Below, piece after piece: positions 30,620-40,480 of a stretch of 64,000 bases of DNA. Position numbers and translations under genes: made by a program. Below the pieces are notes generated by a model. That model was given only the letters and a program-made list of their open reading frames with translations, searched no databases and was not told the DNA's origin. The stretch spans positions 8,727-72,726 of the forward strand of contig CP064960.1 of assembly GCA_016699105.1 (NCBI GenBank). The letters run 5' to 3'. The first letter of the stretch is position 1, and each line of letters begins with the position of its first letter. Origin of the DNA: a bacterium (GTDB lineage Bacteria > Patescibacteriota > Saccharimonadia > UBA4664).

Positions 30620-31326
30620 AAATCCATTATACGCTCGGCGGCCACGATCACGCGCTCTTTGTAGGTGCCCTGTCCGCGGTCGAAGTCGCCGGCGCAGGTC
30701 ACTAGATTGATTTGGTTAGAGACGCCAGGTAATCTGTCGAAGAGGTGTCGAGAGGCTTCGGCTAACACATAAGTGGTGATGGTTTTCGTCCGGAAATGCC
30801 GGCGGCTGCCGTCACCATATTCGATCGTAAATTCAGCGCCGGGTGCAATCTGGCTGAGTTTAGTGAAGATACCCGGGCCATACGAACCTTGGAGATGACC
30901 GTCCAGGACTGCCACACCTTCATCGCCGGGTTTTGGACCATCAACATACCAGCCGGCCAAATAAGTGTTGGTCGGTACCGCGATAGCACCGTCGGGCAAT
31001 TGACCAACTCGTTGAATATAGCCTTGAGCACCGATCGTCGGCATGGTGATTTGGCGAGGTTGGTCGGCCGGCACCTGATAGCTGGTACCGGGCTTGATGG
31101 GTGTTTCATCGGGCCGGCCGACGGCCTGGGTGACGGTTTGAGCAGCTGGAGGCAAAGCTTGGGTGATAGGTGCGTGCGTCGCTTGATAGCGCACAATCAC
31201 TCCCCAGGTAGCATAGCCAGCAAGCGCTACACCCAGGCCGACCATAGCGCGGCCAAGCAGCTGCCGATGAGCCCACCAACTCCGCCGGCGCCGATATTGA
31301 AATTTGCGTTTGTTAGACAGTTTCAC
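30616..31326 (-). CDS. Class F-type sortase
   Basis: N-terminal TM, catalytic His region GHLQG, C-terminal LVTC(A)G motif with active-site Cys. Confidence 0.6.
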   Translation of the reverse strand: MKLSNKRKFQYRRRRSWWAHRQLLGRAMVGLGVALAGYATWGVIVRYQATHAPITQALPPAAQTVTQAVGRPDETPIKPGTSYQVPADQPRQITMPTIGAQGYIQRVGQLPDGAIAVPTNTYLAGWYVDGPKPGDEGVAVLDGHLQGSYGPGIFTKLSQIAPGAEFTIEYGDGSRRHFRTKTITTYVLAEASRHLFDRLPGVSNQINLVTCAGDFDRGQGTYKERVIVAAERIMDL

Positions 31327-32734
31327 TCGAACGACGGAACCGGTTGGCCAAGAAGATCAAGACCAGACTGGCTAGAGCAGCCAACCCGAAGCCAAACATC
31401 GACTGAGCTGGCAAACCAGTCGCGGGAGCGCTGGCGCCTAAGACCCCGGACAAATCGATGGCAACAGTGTCGGAATCGGTGGGATCAGGGTTCGAGTTGT
31501 CGGTGACTGTGACAGCGGCCGTGGTTACTAGACTTGCGGGCGCAGTTTTGGCCACAGCGGCCGAAACCGTGATGACCGGGGCGCTGGTGCCGGCTGGCAG
31601 AACATCGCCGCGATCACAGGTCACGGTTTGACCATTAATCGTACAATTCCAGCCATCACCGCTGGCGGCAGTCGGTATCAGACCGGCTGGCAAAGTTTGG
31701 GCGACGGAATAGCTTCCGGCGGTGTTCTCGGCGTCAGCGGCATTAGTGGCGGTCAAGGTAAACTGGCCGTTGCCACCGGCATTAAAGGCACCAGTGTGAG
31801 CGATGTCGACCGAGACATTGGGTTGGTTGGTGTTGATGACCAATCCTTGGATTTCGTGGGTATTGGTTTGATCACCAGTAGAGGCAGCAAAGCCAAATTT
31901 GAAGCTCGATGGCATAGTGGAAGCGCCATTGATAGTTGCCAGATTAATATTGGACAATTCGGTGACGAATCCGCTGCCATAATTGACAGAAACCGTCATG
32001 ATATTGCTGGTACTGATAGTAATTCGCACTTGGCGTTTGGAACCGGCGCGATCGGCACCCATGAGTGAACCACTGGCTACTTTGCCGGTAACATATTGGT
32101 AATTGGTAGCTTCCGAGCCGCGGATTACAATGCTGTTTTCGGTACGGCCAATGCCGCCAGCACCGTGATCGTTGCCCGAGAAGTTACCGAAGCTGTCGAA
32201 GCCGACTCCAACATAGCCACCAACAATGCCTGGATCAAGCGAGTCGCTGGAATAGCCGAGAGAGCCACCAAAAGCACCGGGAGCGCTCGGGCTTTCGTCG
32301 CCATCGATCAAAAAGAAGGCGATGCCGTCAGCGCCATTACCGCCGTATTGGAGCATATCGAAGTTGACACTCAAGCCCTGTCCGGCCGGAATGGCAGTAT
32401 TGTAGATGGCGTAGCCCGAACGGAATTGAGCTGTTGGTGTGAGGCGCAAATAACCGGCTCCGTCGGCGTCGACGGGTCCACCACTACAGGCTGGGATAGA
32501 ACCGGAAGCGTCGCTCGGTGCGGCCGTCAAGCAAGCGAGTGAGCCACCGCCACCGCCGCTCAGCCAGGTACCATCGGGAGTACTAATACCCTTAAATGAT
32601 TCGTTTGCTAAAGCCGCCGCTTGGGCAGGACTACCAACAAATGACATGACCAAGGCTATGGCCAATAGATTTGTCCGGACGATTGATTTACGCATCAACA
32701 TACATGAACCTCCATACAACTTGTGCTCCCCCAT
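31313..32734 (-). CDS. Secreted surface protein: signal peptide, L-type (legume-like) lectin domain, DUF11-like repeats, C-terminal sorting signal
   Basis: GADGIAFFLIDGD lectin motif; C-terminal ...ATGLPAQSMFGFGLAALASLVLIFLANRFRR (hydrophobic segment + basic tail); directly upstream of the sortase. Confidence 0.5.
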   Translation of the reverse strand: MGEHKLYGGSCMLMRKSIVRTNLLAIALVMSFVGSPAQAAALANESFKGISTPDGTWLSGGGGGSLACLTAAPSDASGSIPACSGGPVDADGAGYLRLTPTAQFRSGYAIYNTAIPAGQGLSVNFDMLQYGGNGADGIAFFLIDGDESPSAPGAFGGSLGYSSDSLDPGIVGGYVGVGFDSFGNFSGNDHGAGGIGRTENSIVIRGSEATNYQYVTGKVASGSLMGADRAGSKRQVRITISTSNIMTVSVNYGSGFVTELSNINLATINGASTMPSSFKFGFAASTGDQTNTHEIQGLVINTNQPNVSVDIAHTGAFNAGGNGQFTLTATNAADAENTAGSYSVAQTLPAGLIPTAASGDGWNCTINGQTVTCDRGDVLPAGTSAPVITVSAAVAKTAPASLVTTAAVTVTDNSNPDPTDSDTVAIDLSGVLGASAPATGLPAQSMFGFGLAALASLVLIFLANRFRRSSETV

Positions 32735-32758
32735 TAGAACACAGATGCGACTTCGGGA

Positions 32759-33796
32759 TCAAGGATGGGTCACCCTATTGGTTGATTGATGTTCCGTTTT
32801 CCACTTATTACCGGACCAAGTTGTGACCGAGCCATTATCGCGAACCAGTGCCGGACCCCAAGCAGCATATCCGGTAGGCGGCGAGCCATACCAGGTATTG
32901 TTGATAATGGAAGCAGTGGTGACGTTGTAACCTTGTTCATCTACATACAATGTATAGCTACCCCCACCGAGCCAGTTACCTGTGATCTCCAGAGCATTAA
33001 TAGCGCTCCAAGTGGCTGTGACATTGATGGCGCCGGTATCGTTGAGCCAGCCGCCACTGGGATTGGTCAACAGGACGTTATTTCCCCAAATCTTGGTATT
33101 ACTGCCTGAATAGACTTCAATACCGTCAAAGTGCGCCGTTGGGCTATCTGAGGCTAGTTTTTCGATGAAATTGGATTGAATAATGGTATTTCCGCCGACG
33201 GTTATAGCATTTTCAAACTTGGTAATGTAATTGCCACAGATAAAGGCGTCACCGCCTGTGATGCCGGTGTAGGCGCCGTTGGCGGAAGTGATATCATTAT
33301 GTATTATCCTGGTACCGGTGACGCCGTCCATGATACGGATTGCCCAATAGCCACTCATTGTAATGCGAGAATTTTGGATTGTAACATTGTTTGCCGATAC
33401 CGTGATGGTACCCGAGACGTTTTTGGCAGTAATGACTTGACCGGCGGTATTGGCGTTGATGTCACCACTAGCGACCAGACTGGTGCCGGCGGGAAGGCCG
33501 GTATTGGCGGCGGTCGGTTTGGTACTCGGAAGGGACGGCGAAGTTGTACAGGCATCGGCAGATGATGATGGCGCGGGCGTTGGTGTTGGAGTGGGTGCGG
33601 CCGGAGCGCTGAAGGTCACGACGTTACCGCCCGAAGCCCCGCTGATTGTCGCGATAGTAGCTCCGGCTGAATGAGTCCCTGATTCAGCTTCAAAAGCAGC
33701 CAATGGTCCGGCTGCCCACGTCTTGACCACCACGTAGCCCAGCACCATCACGGCGCCTACAACTGTTACTAGTTTCGCTGCTGCCATTACGCTCAT
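32759..33796 (-). CDS. Secreted right-handed parallel beta-helix repeat protein
   Basis: Repeated xNxxIxxNxI/GNN motifs (NVTIQNSRIT, IIHNDITSANGAYTGITGG, IQSNFIE), N-terminal anchor, Pro/Thr linker. Confidence 0.5.
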   Translation of the reverse strand: MSVMAAAKLVTVVGAVMVLGYVVVKTWAAGPLAAFEAESGTHSAGATIATISGASGGNVVTFSAPAAPTPTPTPAPSSSADACTTSPSLPSTKPTAANTGLPAGTSLVASGDINANTAGQVITAKNVSGTITVSANNVTIQNSRITMSGYWAIRIMDGVTGTRIIHNDITSANGAYTGITGGDAFICGNYITKFENAITVGGNTIIQSNFIEKLASDSPTAHFDGIEVYSGSNTKIWGNNVLLTNPSGGWLNDTGAINVTATWSAINALEITGNWLGGGSYTLYVDEQGYNVTTASIINNTWYGSPPTGYAAWGPALVRDNGSVTTWSGNKWKTEHQSTNRVTHP

Positions 33797-33815
33797 GGTA
33801 GCATGTTGAAACCAT

Positions 33816-34433
33816 TTAGCTCACTATTTGAACGGCGCTTTGCCAGTTGGTGCCAAGGGTCGCTTGGATCGACATATGAATAAGCCCCATACCTTCAAGG
33901 TGGCGGGCATGTGCCAAAGAACCGGCATCGATGGCTCGCAATCCACTTGAGTTAATCAGGGTTACGACCGTGGATTTCGCATCGGCACCATCAGATACCA
34001 CAAACACATCGGGCACTTGACCCGAGACTTGTCCGGCCGCTAAGACGCTGGAGAATACCGTGTTGAATGCTTTGACGACATTGGCTTCCGGCAGTAACGC
34101 GGCAACCGTTTCGGCTCCAGAGGTACCAGGTGCGGGTATTAATCGGAGGGTGTCAAAATCGACTGGATTCGTGATGTCGATCACGATTTTTCCAGCAAAC
34201 GCCTGATAACTGTCAGCGACTGATTGCATTTGGCTATACGGAATAGCTAGGACGACTACATCGTGAGTGGGTGTGCCGACGGCGACAACGCTGGTGTCGT
34301 GGCCGATTTCACTGGCGAGTGCTTGACCCTTGGCTTGATCTTTGGCATGCAGCTGTACCTGATGTCCGCCACCAGCGAGCCGAAGCCCAATACCTTTGGC
34401 CATATTGCCGGTTCCAATAATTGAGACATTCAT
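33816..34433 (-). CDS. NADPH-dependent F420 reductase-like oxidoreductase (Rossmann fold)
   Basis: MNVSIIGTGNMAKGIGLRL GxGxxG at N-terminus; family-typical length. Confidence 0.5.
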   Translation of the reverse strand: MNVSIIGTGNMAKGIGLRLAGGGHQVQLHAKDQAKGQALASEIGHDTSVVAVGTPTHDVVVLAIPYSQMQSVADSYQAFAGKIVIDITNPVDFDTLRLIPAPGTSGAETVAALLPEANVVKAFNTVFSSVLAAGQVSGQVPDVFVVSDGADAKSTVVTLINSSGLRAIDAGSLAHARHLEGMGLIHMSIQATLGTNWQSAVQIVS

Positions 34434-34521
34434 AGCTAGCGACTCCTTCGTAGTTATGCTATAATAAGTTTTATACTACTATAAATTTTAGTATGCTATA
34501 GTTTTTATAGCAACACTCATT

Positions 34522-34842
34522 ATGCACACATCTGCTACTTGTATTACATCTCTCAAATTGCTCGGCGATTACTGGAGTCTGCGGATCATTGACGCCCTTG
34601 GTAATACGTCTTTGCGCTATTGCCAGCTACAACGAGCACTCGATAATTTAAATCCAGTGACGTTAGCGAATCGCTTGAAACGCCTCGAAGAAGCGGGAAT
34701 GATATTGCGTAGCCATGATGCCGCCGACAAAATCGCCGTTTCTTACGAGCTGACAGCTCGAGGAAAACAAGCTCTACCGGTAATTGCCGAGATTAACCGG
34801 TTTGCCAAACAAAACAGCGCCGCGATTCTCTCTGGTGAGTGA
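34522..34842 (+). CDS. HxlR-family transcriptional regulator
   Basis: GDYWSLRIIDAL...RYCQLQRAL.NLNPVTLANRLKRLEEAGMILR...VSYELTARG wHTH pattern; divergent to the oxidoreductase. Confidence 0.7.
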   Translation: MHTSATCITSLKLLGDYWSLRIIDALGNTSLRYCQLQRALDNLNPVTLANRLKRLEEAGMILRSHDAADKIAVSYELTARGKQALPVIAEINRFAKQNSAAILSGE

Positions 34843-34860
34843 TTCAACGGCGCTGGATTG

Positions 34861-35172
34861 TTATTCGAAGTCTTGCACGGCTGTCACCTCGGTCTTGTCG
34901 ACCAAGATGATGGGGCCGGCTGCACCAAGCGGCGTCCGTGTAAACACGATGTACTGCTTGGACTCGAAGATGGCCCAGACGTCATAGCGGCGTTCTTGTT
35001 GCTCCATTTGGCCAACTTGGGCGTGCCAATGTCTTTTGCTATTGAAATAGCTCAGACTCTGGATCCGCCGGTCAACAATGGGCAACCGGAACTGACTCAA
35101 AAGAGCCTTTTTAATGCCGGCATACACTTCTTCTTCCTGTACCGGTGAGGTATGGGGGATGAAGAACCGCAT
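34861..35172 (-). CDS. Hypothetical protein (start trimmed to avoid overlap with RRM gene)
   Basis: ORF 34861..35295, internal Met at 35172. Confidence 0.25.
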   Translation of the reverse strand: MRFFIPHTSPVQEEEVYAGIKKALLSQFRLPIVDRRIQSLSYFNSKRHWHAQVGQMEQQERRYDVWAIFESKQYIVFTRTPLGAAGPIILVDKTEVTAVQDFE

Positions 35173-35182
35173 TGATGTCAGA

Positions 35183-35488
35183 TTAGTAGCGACGGTGTCC
35201 GCCACCGCCACCACCGTAGCTAGGACGGGCTGGTCGGTCTTCCTTGGGTCGGGCGATGTTGACGATGATCGAACGGTTGTCGACTTCTTTGCCATTCAAA
35301 CCTTTGATAGCGGCTTGGGCTTCGGCGTCAGACTCCATCTCGACGAATCCAAAACCTTTGGAACGGTCGGTGTCGCGATCCTTGATTAACATGGCACTTA
35401 CAACGTTGCCAAAGGGGGTGAACAGCTCGCGGAGCTCTTCTTCAGTAATATTAAAACTTAGTGAACCGACAAATAATTTAGTCGCCAT
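35183..35488 (-). CDS. RRM-domain RNA-binding protein with Gly-rich tail
   Basis: RNP-2 KLFVGSL and RNP-1 KGFGFVEM; GGGGGG tail. Confidence 0.8.
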   Translation of the reverse strand: MATKLFVGSLSFNITEEELRELFTPFGNVVSAMLIKDRDTDRSKGFGFVEMESDAEAQAAIKGLNGKEVDNRSIIVNIARPKEDRPARPSYGGGGGGHRRY

Positions 35489-35642
35489 TCCCTATTTCTC
35501 CTTACCCGAATCGTTAATATGTACTCCGGAATAAGATTTTAGTGGGAGTCGGTTTGGGCGAAACGACTACTGAGAAAATCGACAAGTTTAGGCTTGTTCC
35601 TAGATTGAAGCCAGTATACCACAAATATCGTATAATTGATAT

Positions 35643-36301
35643 GTGTGCGGACGATATACCTTAGTCAATGACCAAACAGCCTTGGAGAAGTACTTCAAGC
35701 ATCAACTGACTGCCCAATACAGGGGCCAAATTATAATGTGTCGCCAACGCAATCGGTGCCGGTACTGACGGCTAACGGCTTCGAGGACATGCGCTGGGGG
35801 TTAGTGCCGCAATGGGCCAAAAGTATGAATACCGGCTACACCATGATCAATGCAATGGCTGAGACGCTGACGGAGAAACGGACGTATAGTGGCCCGTTGC
35901 ATAACCAGCGCTGCTTGGTACCAGCCAGCGGGTTCTATGAATGGCTGCAAACAGATGACGGCAAAGTGCCCTATTATTTTCATCTGAAATCGCGGGAAGT
36001 GTTTGCCTTCGCGGGGCTATACGTGGTGCGCAAAGACTCCGAAAGCCATGAACTGAAGAGTTTTACCATTATCACGACGCAGGCCAATGAGGTAGTGCAA
36101 CCAGTACATAACCGCATGCCGGTGATACTTACGCCGGAAGACGAAAAAGTGTGGCTCAGTCCTGATTTGACCGAGCCTGAAGACGTTTTGGGGGTGTTGC
36201 GTCCATATGAGGCTGCCGATCTGGACGTGTATGTGGTGAGCCGGGACGTCAGTAATGCTCGTAATAATAAACCGGAGTTGATTCAGCGGGTAGCGGCGTA
36301 A
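35643..36301 (+). CDS. SOS-response-associated peptidase (SRAP/YedK, abasic-site processing), frameshift near 35700
   Basis: GTG 35643 gives (M)CGRYTLVNDQTALEKYF, the canonical SRAP N-terminus with catalytic Cys2, in one frame. ...NYNVSPTQSVPVL...MRWGLVPQWAK continues in a second frame. Confidence 0.65.
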
Positions 36302-36489
36302 GCGGAGAATGGTTTTATGTTTTGGGAACTGATTTGTCAAATTCAAATTATCTATTTGTGTTAAATAGATAATAGTCGAAATAATAAGAGCTCTGGATAT
36401 TTTTTTTAATTATTTAATTCGCTCAATATGCGGTGCAGCACCGAGCGTGATGGAGGCGTTATGGCAAATATAATAGCATCAAATTCTAT

Positions 36490-37752
36490 CTAATTTTCAC
36501 CCTCTTGATAAATCTCATTCAAGGCATCGCCGGTGGCATGAAACGGCACCCGTTTGACGATTTTGTCTTCAAGACCATGCATCTTGGCGGTGTGCACAGC
36601 GTATTCGCCATAGGTGTTGTTGCAAGCATCGAGGGCATCAGCTAGGCGCATCTTGGCCTGATCGGTGGTCTCGAATAATGTTGGTGGCAGGCTGGCCACC
36701 GGCTCGAGACCATAGCAGCTGACGGACAGATTCGTCACTCTGACACCTTGAGGGCGCCCCTTGAACAGTTCCATGGCATAGTCGTGCAGATCGTCGGTGG
36801 CGTAGAGCTGCCGGCTGGTCTTGCGGGAAACATGCCACCAGCCCCGGTCGATCAGGCCGCAACTGACGTCCAGTCCCGTGGCATAATGACCCGACCGGCG
36901 CAGGCGGCGGCCCATTTTCTCACAGAGCTTCATGACGAGTGGGTCGAGCTCTTCATCAAGATGTGTAAACTGGCGCATGGCATATTGCTGACCATAGGAG
37001 CGGCGCTTGAAACTGATATCATCGACCTCATAGCCCCGCAGCCGCAGGTACCACTGATACCCGGCCACACTACCAAAGACCTGCTTCCACAATTGCCAAA
37101 CCGGAGCCTCCAGAAAATCGAGCGGGGTGTAAATGCCGGCCAACACCAGCCGCACCTTGTTGCGAGTATTGATGCCGTTTAGAGCCATGAGATCGACGCT
37201 AGCGTATACATCGCGCAGATTCTCGTGAGTAATGACATCTAAGCCGTCGGGCTTGTGCAGGTTGGCGGCCAGTTTGGCTAAAAAACGGTTGGGGCCGATG
37301 CCAACATTGCAGCTAAGCCACTCCCCGATCTCGGCGCGCATGCGGTCTTTGATCTCCTGGCCGATCTCGACCATGGTTTTGCCATGGAGCCCCAACAAGC
37401 CGTTGAAATTGATAACAGCCTCGTCGATGGACAGGGCCACCACATCTGGTGAGTACTCTCTGAAGAGCTCAGAGAAACGTTTGTGAATATAGAAATATTT
37501 GTCCGGATCGGAGGGTAAAATGCGCACATCGGGTAGCTTGGCCTGAGCATCTTTGACGCGGCTCATACCCACACCCTGAGCTTTCATCTCGCGGGAGGGT
37601 GACAAGATGAAGCCATTGGGCGACAGATAGGCCGCGATGCCGACCGGTTTACCCCGCAAGAGCCGGTTGGCTTGCTGTTCCACACTAGCAAAACAGGAAT
37701 TGAGGTCGATGTGCATCATGAGGGGCGCGGCGGTATTAAGCGGGTAATCCAT
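36490..37752 (-). CDS. Y-family DNA polymerase (DinB/UmuC-like)
   Basis: MMHIDLNSCFASVEQ (palm motif), SIDEAV; ATG 37752 with ggagg RBS. Confidence 0.8.
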   Translation of the reverse strand: MDYPLNTAAPLMMHIDLNSCFASVEQQANRLLRGKPVGIAAYLSPNGFILSPSREMKAQGVGMSRVKDAQAKLPDVRILPSDPDKYFYIHKRFSELFREYSPDVVALSIDEAVINFNGLLGLHGKTMVEIGQEIKDRMRAEIGEWLSCNVGIGPNRFLAKLAANLHKPDGLDVITHENLRDVYASVDLMALNGINTRNKVRLVLAGIYTPLDFLEAPVWQLWKQVFGSVAGYQWYLRLRGYEVDDISFKRRSYGQQYAMRQFTHLDEELDPLVMKLCEKMGRRLRRSGHYATGLDVSCGLIDRGWWHVSRKTSRQLYATDDLHDYAMELFKGRPQGVRVTNLSVSCYGLEPVASLPPTLFETTDQAKMRLADALDACNNTYGEYAVHTAKMHGLEDKIVKRVPFHATGDALNEIYQEGEN

Positions 37753-37969
37753 CAGATACCTCCATGAGCGTCCAGGCTTGGGAGCGGGTGTTGTAATCGA
37801 GGCGGTAATAGTTGGCGCCGTCACACACCGAATACACATAGTGCAGCGTCTTACCCTCCCAGACCGGATGGCACAAGTCGACTTGCTTAAAGGTGAGGTA
37901 ACGGCGGCGCCATTTGATCTTCCAGGGTAAGGGGGTTTGGCCAACCTGGTAGACCACAATGGCGGCCAC
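37736..37969 (-). CDS. Small protein overlapping the start of the Y-family polymerase (possible YolD/UmuD-like accessory)
   Basis: 77-aa ORF, 16-nt overlap with polymerase start. Confidence 0.25.
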   Translation of the reverse strand: MAAIVVYQVGQTPLPWKIKWRRRYLTFKQVDLCHPVWEGKTLHYVYSVCDGANYYRLDYNTRSQAWTLMEVSDGLPA

Positions 37970-38140
37970 CTGGTCACTGGAGTTGTTCAGTCATCGGTCT
38001 TCCCCTGACGTTTGGTGGTTTGGTATCTGGATTATAATACGAACAAAGACCGTACAGCAACCCTGAAATTAAAAAGGCTTAATAAACCAACAAGAAAACA
38101 TACGATATTATTGCCGGTTATCGCCCCGCGGCTGGCGAGA

Positions 38141-39115
38141 TTAAGCTCGGTACTTACCGGGGCTAAAAGCCCGTCGGATGTCATTTGTCATAGTACCCAC
38201 GAGAGTAGCGGTATCGTTATCGAGCTTAGCTGAGGCTTTTTCCCAGTCGATTAAGTTTGGTGCCACCGTGAGACCTTCGAAGTGACGAGCCCACTGGTTT
38301 TCGACGCCCAAGGCGATAGCGTATGGTAAGAGTTCATCAAAATGAGCAACGGACTTGAGTGGAGGGTGTCGGAAATTGAGTCGGTCTTGCTCGGCAACCT
38401 CCAGATATTGCTTAAAACCTTGAATTTCGGCCCACAGCGCCCTCCCCTTCTTGGTGCGACCAGAGGGCAACCACGTCAGCCAAAGATAAAGTACCGCGCA
38501 CAGGAGGCAAACAAGCGCCGCTATCGGAGAGTAAGCAGCATTTGGACTCGTTTCCATAGTGATAGCCATAAGGGTGAAATACCCAACTGCTGCCCACAAC
38601 GATACCGCGGTGATCCAGTAGGCCTTAGCCGTCAGAGAGTGTTGAGAGTAACCTTTTGAGGCAATGGCGTCTCCCAAGCGGTAGCGAAACTCGTTGACCT
38701 GGCTTTGGTATACCCGATTATTGAGAAGCATGTCACTGAGTAAAGCCGATTTCTTGCCTTGTAGAATACCCACCAAAAGCGTTTCTTCAAACTGGGGAAG
38801 TTTGTTGGTGGGCTGAAGCAAAGCAATCTGATAATTGGCCGAGCGCCAACCCGCTTTGGGTTTGACGAGTTCAAGCTTGATAATCTGCCGGTTTACCAGA
38901 TCAACGAGCGTAGCAGTAATGTCGTTTTGGTTGCCATGCGGAGAGTCGAGTATACTCAGGTGCGCGGGCGCCAAACCTTTGGGCGGCTCATATTGAGGGA
39001 TTATAGGTTGCCGATGGAGCTGATAATGTTGCCTGATCCGCTTCCCTAGCCGCGTCATCAGACCAACAGCCACCAGTACGTTGGCGATCAACACAATGTA
39101 TTCGGTTAGTGTCAT
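38141..39115 (-). CDS. DUF2207-like membrane protein
   Basis: N-terminal TM, YEPPKGLAPAHLSILD motif typical of DUF2207, two further TM helices. Confidence 0.4.
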   Translation of the reverse strand: MTLTEYIVLIANVLVAVGLMTRLGKRIRQHYQLHRQPIIPQYEPPKGLAPAHLSILDSPHGNQNDITATLVDLVNRQIIKLELVKPKAGWRSANYQIALLQPTNKLPQFEETLLVGILQGKKSALLSDMLLNNRVYQSQVNEFRYRLGDAIASKGYSQHSLTAKAYWITAVSLWAAVGYFTLMAITMETSPNAAYSPIAALVCLLCAVLYLWLTWLPSGRTKKGRALWAEIQGFKQYLEVAEQDRLNFRHPPLKSVAHFDELLPYAIALGVENQWARHFEGLTVAPNLIDWEKASAKLDNDTATLVGTMTNDIRRAFSPGKYRA

Positions 39116-39167
39116 GTCACTTTATACTATACGCTAATCCTAAAGCTCCCTATGCTCGCCCAAACAG

Positions 39168-40022
39168 TCAAATGACTGTAACGCCTTCGAGATTGGCTTT
39201 GGTGTTTTTGAGCAAGGCGTAGGTGACTTTGTCCATGGTGGCGCCAGCGAATACGGCATTTTTGGGGTCGCAATGATGGAAAGTGACGTTGTGGAGCGTG
39301 GCGTTTTTGAACGAAGCCTTGGTGAGCGCTGAACGGTCAAATTTGACGGCGTCGAGGGTGAGCCCATCGAACGACAATTCACTCAGGTCTGAATCGCCAA
39401 ACTCCGTGCTGTGTAAGGTGGCGCCAGTTAAGGTGATACCCCGAAGCGATGAAGCTTTAAATTTGGTGGCCGTGAGATTGGCACCATCAAAGCGGCAGTC
39501 TGAAGCGTCGCTGGCCCAAATGCTGGCGCCGGTGAGGTTGGCTCCCGTGAAGCTGGATTTACGAAGATCTGATGCCCGGAACAAGGCGTTGGTAAGGTTG
39601 GAACGGTCGAACGACGTAGTGTCGAGACTGCTCATACTGAAGTCGGCATTGGTGAGATCGGAATCACCGAGGTCGGTGCCGTGTAAGTCGGTCATGGCGA
39701 ACTTGGACGTACTCTTCTTGGCACCGCGCATGGCATTTTTGAAGGCTTGACGAAAGCCGCCAGACTCGGTGACCGATTCTTGATGGGATAAACTTGGCTG
39801 CGGTGTTGGCGCATGCGGAACCTGTTCCATGATCTCGGTGACATCGCCAAACGACTCTACGGTTGCTTGGTAGGCGTCATCGTCGGTCAGTCCTTGACGC
39901 TTGAGATCGGCATATTTGTCCTGCAAGTTGATTAATAACTCTTTGGTGACTTCGGAACGGGAAGGAAAATTTCCATACGGGGCGAAAGCTGCGTCTAAAA
40001 ATGATTGTAATTTCTGGTCCAT
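39168..40022 (-). CDS. HAAS-domain + pentapeptide-repeat protein (PadR partner)
   Basis: N-terminal ...LTDDDAYQATVESFGDVTEIMEQ (HAAS-like) followed by about 30 pentapeptide repeats (A(D/N)LxG-like). Confidence 0.6.
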   Translation of the reverse strand: MDQKLQSFLDAAFAPYGNFPSRSEVTKELLINLQDKYADLKRQGLTDDDAYQATVESFGDVTEIMEQVPHAPTPQPSLSHQESVTESGGFRQAFKNAMRGAKKSTSKFAMTDLHGTDLGDSDLTNADFSMSSLDTTSFDRSNLTNALFRASDLRKSSFTGANLTGASIWASDASDCRFDGANLTATKFKASSLRGITLTGATLHSTEFGDSDLSELSFDGLTLDAVKFDRSALTKASFKNATLHNVTFHHCDPKNAVFAGATMDKVTYALLKNTKANLEGVTVI

Positions 40023-40046
40023 GATTGCTCCTTATAAAGCATTGAG

Positions 40047-40374
40047 TTATAAAAGCTGGTCGAGGATGTGCTTGGCCTCGTCCCAGTTGTGCTTGTTGCT
40101 GTGATAGAGGGCCCGCCCCGGTTCGGTCAGGCGGTAATATTTGCGGCGGCCACCTTGGGTTTCATCGCCCCAATACGAAGAGATGCGTCCATCGTTTTCC
40201 AATCGCTTAAAGCTCGAGTACATAGTAGCCTCATTGAGCTGATAAGCCTTACCTGACTTTTCGTGGACGAGTTTGGTAATTTCGTAGCCGTACTTATCAC
40301 CATCAAGCAGTAAAGCCAAAATGATGGTGTCGGTGTGGCCACGTAGGAGGTCTGAAGTTATTTTCTTATCGATC
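40047..40374 (-). CDS. PadR family transcriptional regulator
   Basis: GHTDTIILALLLDGDKYGYEITKLV...YWGDETQGGRRKYYRLTEPG. Start ATG 40374 chosen because the upstream ATG lies inside the promoter spacer. Confidence 0.75.
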
Positions 40375-40380
40375 ATAATT

Positions 40381-40409
40381 GGAGTGTATGCCATATTACT
40401 ATTACTGTC
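40381..40409 (-). promoter_or_regulatory. Candidate promoter of the PadR gene (-35 TTGACA, 17-nt spacer, -10 TACACT); predicts a leaderless transcript
   Basis: Read on minus strand; -10 ends 6 nt before ATG 40374. Confidence 0.35.
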
Positions 40410-40480
40410 AAGGTACTTTGGTGGATAGGCATCAAAAACGCCCTCCCACATGGTAGCGAGAGGGCGCTCATTGAAGCGTA

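Noticed and set aside
31628-32542. Plus-strand ORFs (31628..32068, 32096..32542) inside the lectin/DUF11 gene
   Set aside because: Antisense to a well-supported secreted protein; Gly/Ala/Ser-rich translations typical of antisense to repeat-rich genes.
36017-36346. 109-aa minus-strand ORF overlapping the SRAP gene
   Set aside because: Embedded antisense to SRAP; no features.
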